Of a stretch of DNA of 64,000 nt, positions 45,178 to 55,531 are shown in pieces. A program made the translations under genes and the position numbers. The notes below the pieces were generated by a model that worked only from the letters and a program-made list of their open reading frames with translations, searched no databases and was not told the origin of the DNA. Within the stretch, counting starts at the first letter, position 1; every line of letters begins with the position of its first letter. Origin of the DNA: Hungatella sp. UBA5385 (GTDB taxonomy: Bacteria > Bacillota > Clostridia > Lachnospirales > Lachnospiraceae); assembly GCA_002409995.1 (NCBI GenBank), contig DHOR01000028.1:49692-113691 (forward strand), read 5' to 3'.

Positions 45178-45864
45178 ATGATAGAACTCTGGAATGTAAA
45201 CAAAACATACGAAACCGGCAACAAAGCCCTACGAGACATTAACATAACAATCAACGACGGTGAATTCGTATTCATCATCGGCCGCAGCGGTTCCGGCAAG
45301 TCCACCCTGCTGAAGTTACTGTTAAAAGAAGTAGAAGCAACCTCCGGTAAAATCTTAGTCAACGATATGAACCTTGGCAAAATGCCAAGACGTTATGTTC
45401 CGAAATACCGCAGAAGACTTGGAATGATATTCCAGGACTTCCGACTGTTAAAAGACAGGAATGTATATGAAAACGTAGCATTTGCACAGCGGGTAATCGG
45501 AGCCTCTGCAAGGAGCATAAGAGAGTCAGTTCCTGCCATGCTTACAATGGTAGGGCTTTCTTCAAAATATAAATCTTTCCCACAGCAGCTATCAGGCGGT
45601 GAACAGCAGCGTGTAGCAATCGCCAGAGCCTTAATCAACAGACCGGAGATACTTCTTGCCGATGAGCCAACCGGCAACTTAGATGCACATAACTCCATGG
45701 AGATCATGAAGCTGTTAGATGAGGTCAACAAGCGGGGAACAACTGTAATAGTAGTAACTCACAGCCATGAGATTGTAGACCGGATGAGGAAGCGTGTCAT
45801 TACGCTGGATCGCGGAACCATCATCAGTGACGAGAAAAAAGGCGGATATACACATGAGGATTAG
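45178..45864 (+). CDS. ftsE: Cell-division ABC ATPase FtsE
   Basis: Walker A is GRSGSGKST, the signature is LSGGEQQR, and Walker B is LLADEPTGNLD. The ftsX gene follows and overlaps. Confidence 0.9.
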   Translation: MIELWNVNKTYETGNKALRDINITINDGEFVFIIGRSGSGKSTLLKLLLKEVEATSGKILVNDMNLGKMPRRYVPKYRRRLGMIFQDFRLLKDRNVYENVAFAQRVIGASARSIRESVPAMLTMVGLSSKYKSFPQQLSGGEQQRVAIARALINRPEILLADEPTGNLDAHNSMEIMKLLDEVNKRGTTVIVVTHSHEIVDRMRKRVITLDRGTIISDEKKGGYTHED

Positions 45865-46765
45865 TACATTTTGGTATTGCCTGAAACAGGGCATTCATAA
45901 TATATGCAGAAATATCTTGTTTTCGCTTGCTTCCATTGCTACCATTTCTGCGTGTATTTTTTTGTTTTGTCTTTTCTTCTCCATAGTAGTCAACGTACAG
46001 TATGTGGTGAAGAATACAGAGAGTACAGTTGGAATCACAGTATTCTTTGAAGAAGGAACCACTGCAGAGAGAATGAATGTGATTGGCGAACAGATCAGGA
46101 ACAGAAGTGAAGTGAAAGACATAAAATTCAAATCAGCAGAAGAAGCCTGGGAAGAGATGAAGATCGATTACTTTGGAGAGGACAAGCAGGATCTTGCAGA
46201 AGGTTTTCGGGAAGATAATCCCCTTGCCAATTCAGCCTCTTTTGAGATATTTTTAAATGATTTAATCTATCAGGATGAATTTGTAACCTGGTTAAATGAT
46301 ATTGAAGGAATCAGAAGAATTAATTATTCCAGCACAGCAGCGGAAGGTATGACCAGTATTAATAAGGTAATAGGTGCTCTATCTATTATGATTATCGGAG
46401 TACTTCTGGCAGTTGCTATATTCCTGATCAGTAATACCATATCTGTTGCAGCTGCATTCAGAAAACAGGAAAATCAGATTATGAAGCTGATTGGAGCCAC
46501 CAATTATATGATACGTGCTCCATTTGTGGTGGAAGGAATTCTATTAGGTCTTATAGGAGCCATTATTCCTTTGATTGCGATCTATTACCTTTACCGCAAT
46601 GCAGTAGTATATGTATTAACAAAGTTCAGTATACTGTCAGGTTTGTTTCAGTTTCTGCCTGTTGAGACCATATTTCCTTATATGGCAGGAACAGCATTGG
46701 CACTTGGACTTGGAATTGGATTTTTTGTAAGCTTTTTTACCATCAGAAAACATCTGAAAGTATAA
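45854..46765 (+). CDS. ftsX: Cell-division permease-like protein FtsX
   Basis: The start MRISTFWYCLKQG overlaps the ftsE end by 11 nt. The protein has four TM segments with a large extracellular loop and a C-terminal FtsX domain. Confidence 0.85.
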   Translation: MRISTFWYCLKQGIHNICRNILFSLASIATISACIFLFCLFFSIVVNVQYVVKNTESTVGITVFFEEGTTAERMNVIGEQIRNRSEVKDIKFKSAEEAWEEMKIDYFGEDKQDLAEGFREDNPLANSASFEIFLNDLIYQDEFVTWLNDIEGIRRINYSSTAAEGMTSINKVIGALSIMIIGVLLAVAIFLISNTISVAAAFRKQENQIMKLIGATNYMIRAPFVVEGILLGLIGAIIPLIAIYYLYRNAVVYVLTKFSILSGLFQFLPVETIFPYMAGTALALGLGIGFFVSFFTIRKHLKV

Positions 46766-46774
46766 GGAGAGTCT

Positions 46775-47980
46775 ATGATGCGATTTAGGAAAAGGCAATT
46801 AACTGTTTGTTTGGCCTGTCTTTTTATCCTATCCTGCATAGTTCCTTCTTATGGTACAAAAACTGATATTGATGATGCAAAGAATAAAACGTCTTCTCTG
46901 GAGGAGCAGAAAAAAGAGATTGAACATATTCTCTCTGACTTAGAAGGCTTAAAATCGGATACTGCTGCCTTCGTTAAGGCGCTGGATTCCAATCTTGATT
47001 CCTTAAATAAACAGATATCCGCCCTGAATTCTCAAAGTGAAGCTAAAAAAGCTGAAATTGAGATTGCCCAGGCAGACTTAAAGGAAGCAAAGGAAAACGA
47101 AAAGCATCAATACAATAGCATGAAGCTGAGAATTCAATATATGTATGAAAAGGGAGAGATGAATTATCTTGACTTGTTATTTCAGTCAGCCAATATCACC
47201 CAGCTTTTTTACAGAACGGAATATATCAGCCAGATTGCATCATATGATAGAAGAATGTTGGATCGCTATGAAGCGTCTAAGCTGGAAGTGGAGGCAAGAG
47301 AGGAACAGCTGCTGAAGGAACAGGAGCAGCTCTCAGCACTTTTAGCTTCTGCAAATGAAAAGAAACAGGATGCAGAGCGTCTTGTAAAAGAAAAAACAGC
47401 AGAATTAAACAGTTTACAGAACCAAATCGCAGCGAAACAGGGGAATTTATCAGAACTGGATCGCGATATTGCGGCTCAGGAGGAAAAGATCAAGGCAATT
47501 GAAGCTGAGATCAAGCGGAAGGAAGAGGAAGCCAGAAAGGCAGCGGAAGAGGCGGGGAAAAAGTATAATACAATAAGTATTGGGAATATTAAATTTATAT
47601 GGCCTTGTCCGTCCAGCAGAAGGATTACATCCAATTTTGGCGACAGAGAGTCTCCCACTGAAGGAGCCTCCTCCAACCATCAGGGAGTTGATGTGGGCGC
47701 ATCTACAGGAACCAGCATTGTCGCAGCAGCTGGGGGAACTGTAACCATATCTACATACAGTTATTCTGCCGGCAATTATATCATGATTAATCATGGAGGC
47801 GGTGTTTCTACCGTATATATGCACTGTTCGGAATTATTGGTATCTGCAGGACAGGAAGTAACACAGGGGCAGGTAATTGCAAAAGTGGGATCAACTGGTT
47901 ATTCAACAGGACCGCATCTTCACTTTGGAGTCAGGCTGAATGGCAAATACGTTAATCCGTTGCAATATGTAAGCCCATAG
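46775..47980 (+). CDS. Secreted coiled-coil + M23 (LytM) peptidoglycan endopeptidase
   Basis: A signal peptide is followed by about 250 aa of Glu/Lys/Gln-rich coiled coil. The M23 motifs are HQGVDVGA and TGPHLHFGV. Confidence 0.85.
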   Translation: MMRFRKRQLTVCLACLFILSCIVPSYGTKTDIDDAKNKTSSLEEQKKEIEHILSDLEGLKSDTAAFVKALDSNLDSLNKQISALNSQSEAKKAEIEIAQADLKEAKENEKHQYNSMKLRIQYMYEKGEMNYLDLLFQSANITQLFYRTEYISQIASYDRRMLDRYEASKLEVEAREEQLLKEQEQLSALLASANEKKQDAERLVKEKTAELNSLQNQIAAKQGNLSELDRDIAAQEEKIKAIEAEIKRKEEEARKAAEEAGKKYNTISIGNIKFIWPCPSSRRITSNFGDRESPTEGASSNHQGVDVGASTGTSIVAAAGGTVTISTYSYSAGNYIMINHGGGVSTVYMHCSELLVSAGQEVTQGQVIAKVGSTGYSTGPHLHFGVRLNGKYVNPLQYVSP

Positions 47981-47996
47981 CCAGCTAGATAGGAGA

Positions 47997-49298
47997 ATGA
48001 CAGTGGAAAGTAAGAATAAATTTTGGAAAGGTGCCCTGGTAGGCGCTCTGTTGACAGCATTTGCAGGTTTGGTTATCGTAGGAATGTCCATGGGCATTTT
48101 TCTCATTGGAAGAACCGCTATAGGTGACAAAGGTCAGGCGGCAGAATCTATACTGGCAGAGAACCAGGAAGAAGGGCTTAATATTAAGCGCATCACCAAT
48201 AAGGTACAGATGCTGCAGCAGGTAATAGATAAATATTATTTATTTGATGAGGATACAGACAGGGTAGAGGATTGGATTTACAAGGGTATGATGGCCGGTC
48301 TTGATGACCCTTACAGCACTTATTACACTGCTGATGAGTATAAGAGGCTTCAGGAGGATACAAAAGGAGAATACTGTGGTATCGGTGTTATGGTAAGCCA
48401 GAACCGTAATACAGGAATTATCACTGTAGTTAAGGTTTTTGAAGGAACGCCTGGAGAAGAGGCGGGAATGCTTCCTGGAGATATTCTGTACAAAGTAAGT
48501 GATACAGAGGTTACAGGTATGGATTTAGACCTTGTGGTAAAAGACTTTATTAAGGGAGAAGAAGGCACTCCTGTTACCATAACAGTCTTAAGACAGGAAA
48601 CCAGTGATTATCTTGATCTTACTATGAACCGCAGGCAGATTATAGTTCAGACAGTAGAGCATGAAATGCTGGATGATGAGATTGGTTATATTGCTGTCAG
48701 TCAGTTTGACGGTGTAACTGCCGGACAATTTAATGATGCTATAGATGATTTAGAGAAACAGGGCATGAAAAAGCTTGTAATTGATATGAGAAATAACCCC
48801 GGCGGTGTGCTGGATGCCGTTGTTTCTATGTTGGATTACATTCTTCCTGATGATCTGGCGGTAGAAAACCCCGATCTGGCGAGAAAAGAAAAAAATAAGA
48901 CTTTAATTGTTTATATGGCGGATAAAAACGGCGAAGGTGAGCAGTATTATGCTTCTGATGGTCATGAAGTAGATATTCCTATTACTGTTCTGGTAAATGG
49001 AGAGTCAGCCAGCGCTTCAGAAGTATTTGCAGGTGCTCTTCAGGCTTATGATAAAGCAACCTTAGTAGGAACCAAAACATTTGGTAAGGGGATTGTTCAG
49101 ACTCTGTTCCCTCTTGATAAGGGAACTGCCATTAAGATGACGGTTGCTCATTATTACACACCTATCGGTTTTGACCTTCATGGAAAAGGGCTGGAGCCTG
49201 AGGTTGAGATAGAGCTTGATGAAGAGCTGAAAACCAAGGTGCGTATTGAACATGAGGAAGACAATCAATTACAGAAAGCTTTGGAAACTTTGAAATAA
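47997..49298 (+). CDS. S41 C-terminal processing peptidase (CtpA/Prc-like) with PDZ domain
   Basis: An N-terminal TM anchor, a PDZ domain (GMLPGDILYKV) and S41 motifs (RNNPGG, NGESASASE, GTKTFGKG) are present. GTG 48003 is an alternative start. Confidence 0.85.
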   Translation: MTVESKNKFWKGALVGALLTAFAGLVIVGMSMGIFLIGRTAIGDKGQAAESILAENQEEGLNIKRITNKVQMLQQVIDKYYLFDEDTDRVEDWIYKGMMAGLDDPYSTYYTADEYKRLQEDTKGEYCGIGVMVSQNRNTGIITVVKVFEGTPGEEAGMLPGDILYKVSDTEVTGMDLDLVVKDFIKGEEGTPVTITVLRQETSDYLDLTMNRRQIIVQTVEHEMLDDEIGYIAVSQFDGVTAGQFNDAIDDLEKQGMKKLVIDMRNNPGGVLDAVVSMLDYILPDDLAVENPDLARKEKNKTLIVYMADKNGEGEQYYASDGHEVDIPITVLVNGESASASEVFAGALQAYDKATLVGTKTFGKGIVQTLFPLDKGTAIKMTVAHYYTPIGFDLHGKGLEPEVEIELDEELKTKVRIEHEEDNQLQKALETLK

Positions 49299-49313
49299 TA
49301 TAGAATCGTATAA

Positions 49314-49373
49314 AAAAGACAATAGATGCGGAAGAGGTGATGAAGTCTCTCTTCTGTTTCTATTGTCTTTTTG
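49314..49373 (+). terminator. Rho-independent terminator
   Basis: AAAAGACAATAGA ... TCTATTGTCTTTT form an outer stem around an inner GAAGAG/CTCTTC stem. A T-run follows. Confidence 0.75.
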
Positions 49374-49525
49374 TATTGTTAAATCATCTTTGTATGCTAT
49401 TCATATGCATGTTCTTCCTGCCGTTACATGAGGTTTTAGTTATGGATTGGAAGGGATAAAAAGCATATCATGCAACAAAAGTAATAAGAACTGAGTTTTA
49501 CATAAGCCTATAATAATGTAATAAC

Positions 49526-50965
49526 TTATATTAGGTAACGAAACAGCTGAAACAGCAGTGATGTGAAAGCAAAGATTAATTTTTTGCTGTCAGATACAGG
49601 AATAACACAAACTGCAGGATTATTTTCATAAGTTCCATCAGGTGATACTAAAAGAGAGTCAGAAGCCAGATCATCAATACAATTCTCCAGCTGGCTGTTG
49701 AATTCCTCTCCATCAATAACAAGCATTGTTTCTGTATCTAAATAAGTGCTTCTCATATCCAGGTTATAAGAACCCACCAGGGCTAAACGATGATCAATGA
49801 GGATAGACTTACCATGAGAGGAACGGTCACCAAAATACTCATAGAGCTTTACTCCTGTATTGAGGATTTTCGGTCTGTTTAAAGTATAATCGGATGATGC
49901 CATAAAATTATCACCTACAGAGGTGGAATTAAGGAGCATGGTAGTATCCGGAACCTTTGCCACTACTGCTGCCAGTCCATCATACATGTCTTTGCTCAGA
50001 ACTGCATAGGGAGTATGAATATAGGTCCGTTCCGAAGCATGTTCCATTAAATACTGAATCTGATACCACACCCATGGTTCCTTACTGTAAATATGAGTAG
50101 GGTTATAGATCAAGGTGGCTTTATTAATGGCTGTGGTTTCCTGTTCATAATCTCTGTCAGAGGCAGTTAATTGTGGATTGGAGCTTGCCAGTGCCGTGTA
50201 ATGTTCTTCCAACTGTAACAGTGCTTTGGTTATTTTCTTATTCATGAAAGAAGAAGGTTTGTGAAAAACTGTTTTGCAGTATTTGGAATCCCATAAATCT
50301 TCGAAATACTCATCTGCCTGGGATATTACGCTGTTTTCATACATTTCCTCATTGCCAGAGGCTGTATTGTATATCAGAACATCTCTGTCATAGCTGAGAC
50401 TTTTTAAGTTATACTCTCCAAGGAAATAGTCAAAGGTATTGCGCCCTCCCAGTAAAAGCAGTTTATCGTCAACCATAAGATATTTATCATGGAGCCTCCC
50501 GTTGAAGGTCCAGGGCTTTAAGAGATGAGGGGTGTTATAGTAGCGTATCTCAATGTTTGGGTGGGTTCCGGCTGCATAAAAAACAGGATTTCCGCTCATA
50601 TGAATAAAACCGTAGAGGCCATCTACCAGAATCTGCACCTTAACATCCCGATTGGCAGCTTCTATAAGAGAAGAGAAGATATCCAGACTGCTCTGCCCCT
50701 CTCTGATATCAAAGGTGGAGAGCACAATTCGTTCTCTGGCCTGATGAATCATGGTAATCCGGCTTTCCAGTGCATCCATGCTGGTTTCCACCACACGCGC
50801 CCTGTCAGACCCAACAGATTCACTGTAAAATGACTGAGGATCAAAGGACTGTTGAAAATCTTCTCCTGCTTTTTTCATATGTACAAATGGAAGCAGTGCT
50901 CCTGCTATCATGTATATGATATAGAGGAGGAGCACCCATTTGATTATTTTGATAAATTTTGTCAT
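49526..50965 (-). CDS. Phospholipase D family protein (cardiolipin synthase-like), two HKD motifs
   Basis: An N-terminal TM segment is present. The HKD motifs are HDKYLMVDD and HGKSILIDH. Confidence 0.8.
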   Translation of the reverse strand: MTKFIKIIKWVLLLYIIYMIAGALLPFVHMKKAGEDFQQSFDPQSFYSESVGSDRARVVETSMDALESRITMIHQARERIVLSTFDIREGQSSLDIFSSLIEAANRDVKVQILVDGLYGFIHMSGNPVFYAAGTHPNIEIRYYNTPHLLKPWTFNGRLHDKYLMVDDKLLLLGGRNTFDYFLGEYNLKSLSYDRDVLIYNTASGNEEMYENSVISQADEYFEDLWDSKYCKTVFHKPSSFMNKKITKALLQLEEHYTALASSNPQLTASDRDYEQETTAINKATLIYNPTHIYSKEPWVWYQIQYLMEHASERTYIHTPYAVLSKDMYDGLAAVVAKVPDTTMLLNSTSVGDNFMASSDYTLNRPKILNTGVKLYEYFGDRSSHGKSILIDHRLALVGSYNLDMRSTYLDTETMLVIDGEEFNSQLENCIDDLASDSLLVSPDGTYENNPAVCVIPVSDSKKLIFAFTSLLFQLFRYLI

Positions 50966-50984
50966 AAAACACAACTCCAAATTT

Positions 50985-52007
50985 TTACAAGGCTTTTAAG
51001 GTGTGAACAAATTGCCGGCATGCCTCTTCTCTGGTAGCCCAGGAGGTTACAAGACGGATTGCCGTATGACTTTCGTCAATATTTTCCTGAATCGAGAAGA
51101 GAAAATCTTTAGAGAGCTGTTCCACGATTTTATCAGGAAATATTGGGAACAACTGATTGGTCATGGACTCGGAATAAAAGGAATATCCGCATTCTTTAAT
51201 TCCATCTCTTAAAATATCTGCCATTTCATTAGAGTGAAGGGCCATATCATAGAATAAATTGTTCTGAAACAACTCTTCAAACTGGATGCCAAGAAGCCAG
51301 CCTTTTGCCAGCATAGCCCCTCTCTGTTTGATCATATATCGGAAATCAGTTTTTAAATCAGGATGGCAGATAATTAGAGCCTCTCCAAACAGTGCCCCTC
51401 CCTTTGTGCCTCCAATATAAAATACATCAGCAATACGGGCAATATCTTCCATGGTTACATCATTGACAGAGCTGGTAAGTGCAGCACCAAGGCGTGCACC
51501 ATCTAAAAACAGATAAAGACCTTTCTGGCGGCAGATGTGATGGATTGCCTCAAGCTCAGCTTTTGTATATTGTGTTCCTATTTCTGTGGAATTAGAGATA
51601 TAAACCATCTTAGGCTGTACCATATGCTCATCTGTATGGTGGTCCAATGCCTGTAAAATCAGTGTAGGAGTTAATTTGCCGTCTGCAGAGGGCATGGCAA
51701 GAACCTTATGACCGGTTGCTTCAATGGCCCCAGTTTCATGAACATTAATATGTCCTTTGTCTGTGGCAATAACAGCCTGCCAGGGTCTGAGAGCGGTTCC
51801 GATTGTTATTAAGTTTGCCTGGGTTCCTCCTACTATATAATGGATATCAACATCTTCCCGGCCTATTTCTTTTTTAATTAACTGACTGGCATGTTCGCAG
51901 TGATGATCCAGACCATATCCATCATTCTGGGTTAAATTACTTTGAAGGACTGCTTCCAGAATCTTTGGATGTGCGCCTTCGCTATAGTCATTATTAAAGC
52001 TATACAT
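50985..52007 (-). CDS. Threonine aldolase family (beta-eliminating lyase-like) PLP enzyme
   Basis: The N-terminus is FNNDYSEGAHPKILEA. The motifs GGTQANL and FYIGGTKGGALFGEA (PLP-Lys context) are present. Confidence 0.8.
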   Translation of the reverse strand: MYSFNNDYSEGAHPKILEAVLQSNLTQNDGYGLDHHCEHASQLIKKEIGREDVDIHYIVGGTQANLITIGTALRPWQAVIATDKGHINVHETGAIEATGHKVLAMPSADGKLTPTLILQALDHHTDEHMVQPKMVYISNSTEIGTQYTKAELEAIHHICRQKGLYLFLDGARLGAALTSSVNDVTMEDIARIADVFYIGGTKGGALFGEALIICHPDLKTDFRYMIKQRGAMLAKGWLLGIQFEELFQNNLFYDMALHSNEMADILRDGIKECGYSFYSESMTNQLFPIFPDKIVEQLSKDFLFSIQENIDESHTAIRLVTSWATREEACRQFVHTLKAL

Positions 52008-52101
52008 AGAGTGATCCTCCTGAGGTAAAAATAGTTATGAGAACAATCATATACCATGTGAAATGGAAATGCAAGAACCAGAAATGGAAAGAAATGGGAC
52101 C

Positions 52102-52115
52102 AGAACATTTGTTTG
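52102..52115 (+). promoter_or_regulatory. LexA (Cheo-box-like) operator upstream of uvrB
   Basis: AGAACATTTGTTTG compared with the Gram-positive consensus CGAAC-N4-GTTCG. The site overlaps the -35 element. Confidence 0.55.
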
Positions 52116-52141
52116 CAATACGCTATGTACTGTGATATACT
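52113..52141 (+). promoter_or_regulatory. Candidate uvrB promoter (TTGCAA-17-TATACT)
   Basis: TTGCAA lies at 52113..52118 and TATACT at 52136..52141, with a 17-nt spacer. Confidence 0.5.
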
Positions 52142-52173
52142 GAAAAGACAGTAAAGAGAGGTGAAATTAACCT

Positions 52174-54162
52174 ATGGAATTTAAATTACATTCAGAATAT
52201 GAGCCTACAGGCGATCAGCCTCAGGCTATAGAAGCATTGGTCAAAGGGTTTGAAGAGGGCAATCAGTTTCAGACCCTTTTAGGTGTTACAGGATCCGGTA
52301 AGACATTTACCATGGCGAATGTTATACAGAAGCTTCAGAGACCGACTTTGATCATTGCTCATAATAAGACACTGGCTGCCCAGCTTTACTCCGAATTCAA
52401 GGAGTTCTTTCCTGAGAATGCAGTGGAGTATTTTGTATCTTATTATGATTATTATCAGCCTGAGGCATATGTGCCTTCTACTGATACCTACATTGAGAAG
52501 GATTCTGCTATTAATGATGAGATTGATAAGCTGCGCCATTCTGCAACGGCTGCACTGTCAGAGCGGAAGGATGTGATCATAGTTGCATCTGTATCCTGTA
52601 TCTATGGCTTGGGAAGCCCTATTGACTATCAGGAGATGGTTATTTCCCTACGTCCCGGCATGATTAAGGACAGGGATGAAGTGATTCATAAACTGATTGA
52701 CATCCAGTATGACCGTAATGATATGGACTTCAGACGTGGTACCTTCCGTGTGAGAGGTGATGTTGTGGAGATTTTCCCTGCTTATTCAGGAAGTGAAGCT
52801 TTCCGTGTGGAATTCTTTGGGGATGAGGTGGAGAGAATTACAGAAATTGATACTCTCACTGGAGAAATTAAGGCAGAGCTTGGACATGTCTCTATTTTCC
52901 CTGCTTCTCACTATGTAGTCTCAAGGGAGAAGATGGAAGCAGCTGCTGAGAATATTTTAGCGGAATTAAAGGAGCAGGTGGCTTATTTTAAAAGTGAGGA
53001 CAAGCTATTAGAGGCTCAGAGGATTGCAGAGAGAACCAACTTTGATGTGGAGATGATGAGGGAGACTGGTTTTTGTTCCGGAATTGAGAACTATTCCCGT
53101 CACTTAACAGGAGGAAAACCTGGAGAGCCACCTTATACTCTTATTGATTATTTTCCTGATGATTTTTTATTTATTGTGGATGAGTCTCATATTACACTGC
53201 CTCAGGTTAGGGGCATGTATGCAGGTGACAGGTCCAGGAAGAGCACTCTTGTGAATTTTGGGTTCCGTCTGCCATCTGCATTGGACAACAGACCCCTTAA
53301 CTTTACTGAGTTTGAATCCAAGATCAACCAGATGATGTTTGTATCAGCAACGCCATCTGTGTATGAGGCTGAACATGAATTGCTGCGTGTGGAGCAGATC
53401 ATCCGTCCTACAGGACTTCTTGATCCTGAGATTGATGTGAGACCTGTGGAAGGGCAGATTGATGATCTTGTTTCTGAGGTTAATAAGGAAGTCGCCAAGA
53501 ATAATAAGGTTCTTATTACAACCTTAACCAAGCGGATGGCAGAGGATTTGACGGATTATATGAGAGAAGTGGGAATACGTGTAAAGTATCTTCATTCTGA
53601 TATTGATACTCTGGAACGGTCAGAGATAATCCGTGATATGCGGCTTGGTGTATTTGATGTGCTGGTGGGAATTAACCTTCTTCGTGAGGGACTTGATATT
53701 CCGGAGATCACTTTGGTTGCTATTTTGGATGCGGATAAGGAAGGGTTCCTCCGTTCTGAGACATCTCTGATCCAGACTGTGGGCCGTGCTGCACGTAACT
53801 CGGATGGTCATGTAATCATGTATGCAGATAAGATGACCGATTCTATGAAGAAGGCTATTGATGAGACTACCAGAAGAAGAGCCATTCAGCAGAAGTATAA
53901 TGAGGAGCATGGAATTACGCCTACTACCATTAAGAAGGCAGTTCGTGATCTTATTGCAATTTCCAAGGCAGCCATGGGGAGTAAGGAAGACTTTGAGAAG
54001 GATCCTGAATCCATGGATAGGAAAGAACTTGAGAAACTGGCTAAGGAACTGACTAAGAAGATGCATCAGGCAGCGGCTGAGCTTAACTTTGAGGAGGCAG
54101 CAAGATTGCGTGATCGTATGGTAGAAGTGAAGAAGATGCTGCAGGAAATAGATGATGATTGA
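52174..54162 (+). CDS. uvrB: Excinuclease ABC subunit B
   Basis: Walker A is GVTGSGKT. The helicase motifs and the C-terminal UVR domain ([13 protein letters not shown]) are present. Confidence 0.95.
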   Translation: MEFKLHSEYEPTGDQPQAIEALVKGFEEGNQFQTLLGVTGSGKTFTMANVIQKLQRPTLIIAHNKTLAAQLYSEFKEFFPENAVEYFVSYYDYYQPEAYVPSTDTYIEKDSAINDEIDKLRHSATAALSERKDVIIVASVSCIYGLGSPIDYQEMVISLRPGMIKDRDEVIHKLIDIQYDRNDMDFRRGTFRVRGDVVEIFPAYSGSEAFRVEFFGDEVERITEIDTLTGEIKAELGHVSIFPASHYVVSREKMEAAAENILAELKEQVAYFKSEDKLLEAQRIAERTNFDVEMMRETGFCSGIENYSRHLTGGKPGEPPYTLIDYFPDDFLFIVDESHITLPQVRGMYAGDRSRKSTLVNFGFRLPSALDNRPLNFTEFESKINQMMFVSATPSVYEAEHELLRVEQIIRPTGLLDPEIDVRPVEGQIDDLVSEVNKEVAKNNKVLITTLTKRMAEDLTDYMREVGIRVKYLHSDIDTLERSEIIRDMRLGVFDVLVGINLLREGLDIPEITLVAILDADKEGFLRSETSLIQTVGRAARNSDGHVIMYADKMTDSMKKAIDETTRRRAIQQKYNEEHGITPTTIKKAVRDLIAISKAAMGSKEDFEKDPESMDRKELEKLAKELTKKMHQAAAELNFEEAARLRDRMVEVKKMLQEIDDD

Positions 54163-54200
54163 GATGTGGGCTGAATAAAGAGTAATATATATCAAAAAAA

Positions 54201-54264
54201 GGGTTCTGTTTTTTCTACTATATTCCTTTCAAGGAACATCAGTATTAAAACAGAACCCATTTTC
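54201..54264. terminator. Bidirectional terminator region between uvrB and codA
   Basis: GGGTTCTGTTTT ... AAAACAGAACCC form an outer stem around an inner TTCCTT/AAGGAA hairpin, flanked by an A-run and a T-run. Confidence 0.5.
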
Positions 54265-54285
54265 ATTAACCAATATCAAATCATA

Positions 54286-55521
54286 TTAAAAGAATATTTC
54301 TTTATGAGCAGGAGCTGTTTTAGCAATTAACCTGCCTTTATTAAAGCTGTAAAGCACTTCTGCTCTTTTGTTTAAGACGTCATAAAAATTGCTTCCATTT
54401 AACATGATAAAGTTGGCATCCTTACCTTCTTCAATTCCGTAGGAATCACCAAGGTGCAGGGTTCTGGCAGCGTTATGTGTAATAATTTTATAGCTGTTCA
54501 GGATTTCCTCATATCCCATCATCTGGCATACGTGGAGGCCCATATGAAGCACGTCCATCATATTGCCGTCACCAAGAGGATACCAGGGATCGAAGATATC
54601 ATCATGACCAAAGGAGACATTGTTGCCGTTGGCAAGCAGTTCCTTAACACGGGTCACACCGCGGCGGCGTGGATAGGTATCAAATCTGCCCTGAAGGTGG
54701 GTATTAACCAGAGGATTGCTTACAAAATTAATGTCGCTCATACGAAGCAGGCGGAATAATTTGGAGCAATAGGCGTTGTTATAGCTGTGCATAGCTGTTG
54801 TATGGCTGGCTGTGACACGATCCTTCATGCCGCTTTCCAAAGCTCTGCAGGCAACTACTTCCAACCCTCTGGACTGTTCATCGTCGATTTCATCACAGTG
54901 AACATCTACCAGGCGGTCGTATTTCTCGGCAAGTTTCATGCAGTAGTTTACGCTTTCAACTGCATACTCTCTAGTGAATTCAAAGTGGGGGATGGCGCCT
55001 ACACAATCTGCACCCATTTTCACAGCATTTTCAAGAAGTTCCAATCCGTTTGGATAGCTCTGGATTCCTTCCTGGGGAAATGCAACAATCTGAATGTTTA
55101 CATAATCTTTCAGCTCATCTTTTAATTCAAGCATTGCTTCCATGGCGATCAGAGTAGGGTCTGTTACATCTACATGAGTACGAACATGCTGGATTCCGTT
55201 GGAAACCTGCATTCCCACTGCTTTTCTGGCACGGTCCTTCACATCTTGTTTGGTAAGCTTGTCCTTACGCTTTGACCAGCATTCAATTCCTTCAAACAGA
55301 GTGCCTGACATATTCCATACAGGATCACCGGCAGTGAGGCAGGTGTCAAGATGAACATGGCTTTCGATAAATGGAGGGAGTACGAGGGAGTTATTGCCTT
55401 CTATAATCTCTTCTCCTGGATTAGGCATAAGATCAGGGGAAATGGAGGTGAATTTGCCGCCTTCCACTCGGATATTGGTTAATTGGTCTGAATTTTCAAT
55501 GTATACATTTTTAATGATCAT
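54286..55521 (-). CDS. codA: Cytosine deaminase (amidohydrolase superfamily)
   Basis: The start is at [10 protein letters not shown]. The metal motif is ESHVHLDT, and the motifs [10 protein letters not shown] and SFGHDD are present. The gene lies downstream of a cytosine permease gene. Confidence 0.85.
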   Translation of the reverse strand: MIIKNVYIENSDQLTNIRVEGGKFTSISPDLMPNPGEEIIEGNNSLVLPPFIESHVHLDTCLTAGDPVWNMSGTLFEGIECWSKRKDKLTKQDVKDRARKAVGMQVSNGIQHVRTHVDVTDPTLIAMEAMLELKDELKDYVNIQIVAFPQEGIQSYPNGLELLENAVKMGADCVGAIPHFEFTREYAVESVNYCMKLAEKYDRLVDVHCDEIDDEQSRGLEVVACRALESGMKDRVTASHTTAMHSYNNAYCSKLFRLLRMSDINFVSNPLVNTHLQGRFDTYPRRRGVTRVKELLANGNNVSFGHDDIFDPWYPLGDGNMMDVLHMGLHVCQMMGYEEILNSYKIITHNAARTLHLGDSYGIEEGKDANFIMLNGSNFYDVLNKRAEVLYSFNKGRLIAKTAPAHKEIFF

Positions 55522-55531
55522 GGTTTCTACC

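Noticed and set aside
44997-45380. 127-aa minus-strand ORF upstream of and overlapping ftsE
   Set aside because: It is the antisense reading of the C-rich leader, which gives Gly/Trp/Pro runs, and of the ftsE Walker A region. It has no RBS. ftsE on the plus strand is unambiguous.
53620-54195. 191-aa minus-strand ORF at the 3' end of uvrB
   Set aside because: It is a shadow ORF antisense to the highly conserved uvrB, and the product is Leu/Ile/His/Ser-rich low-complexity sequence.
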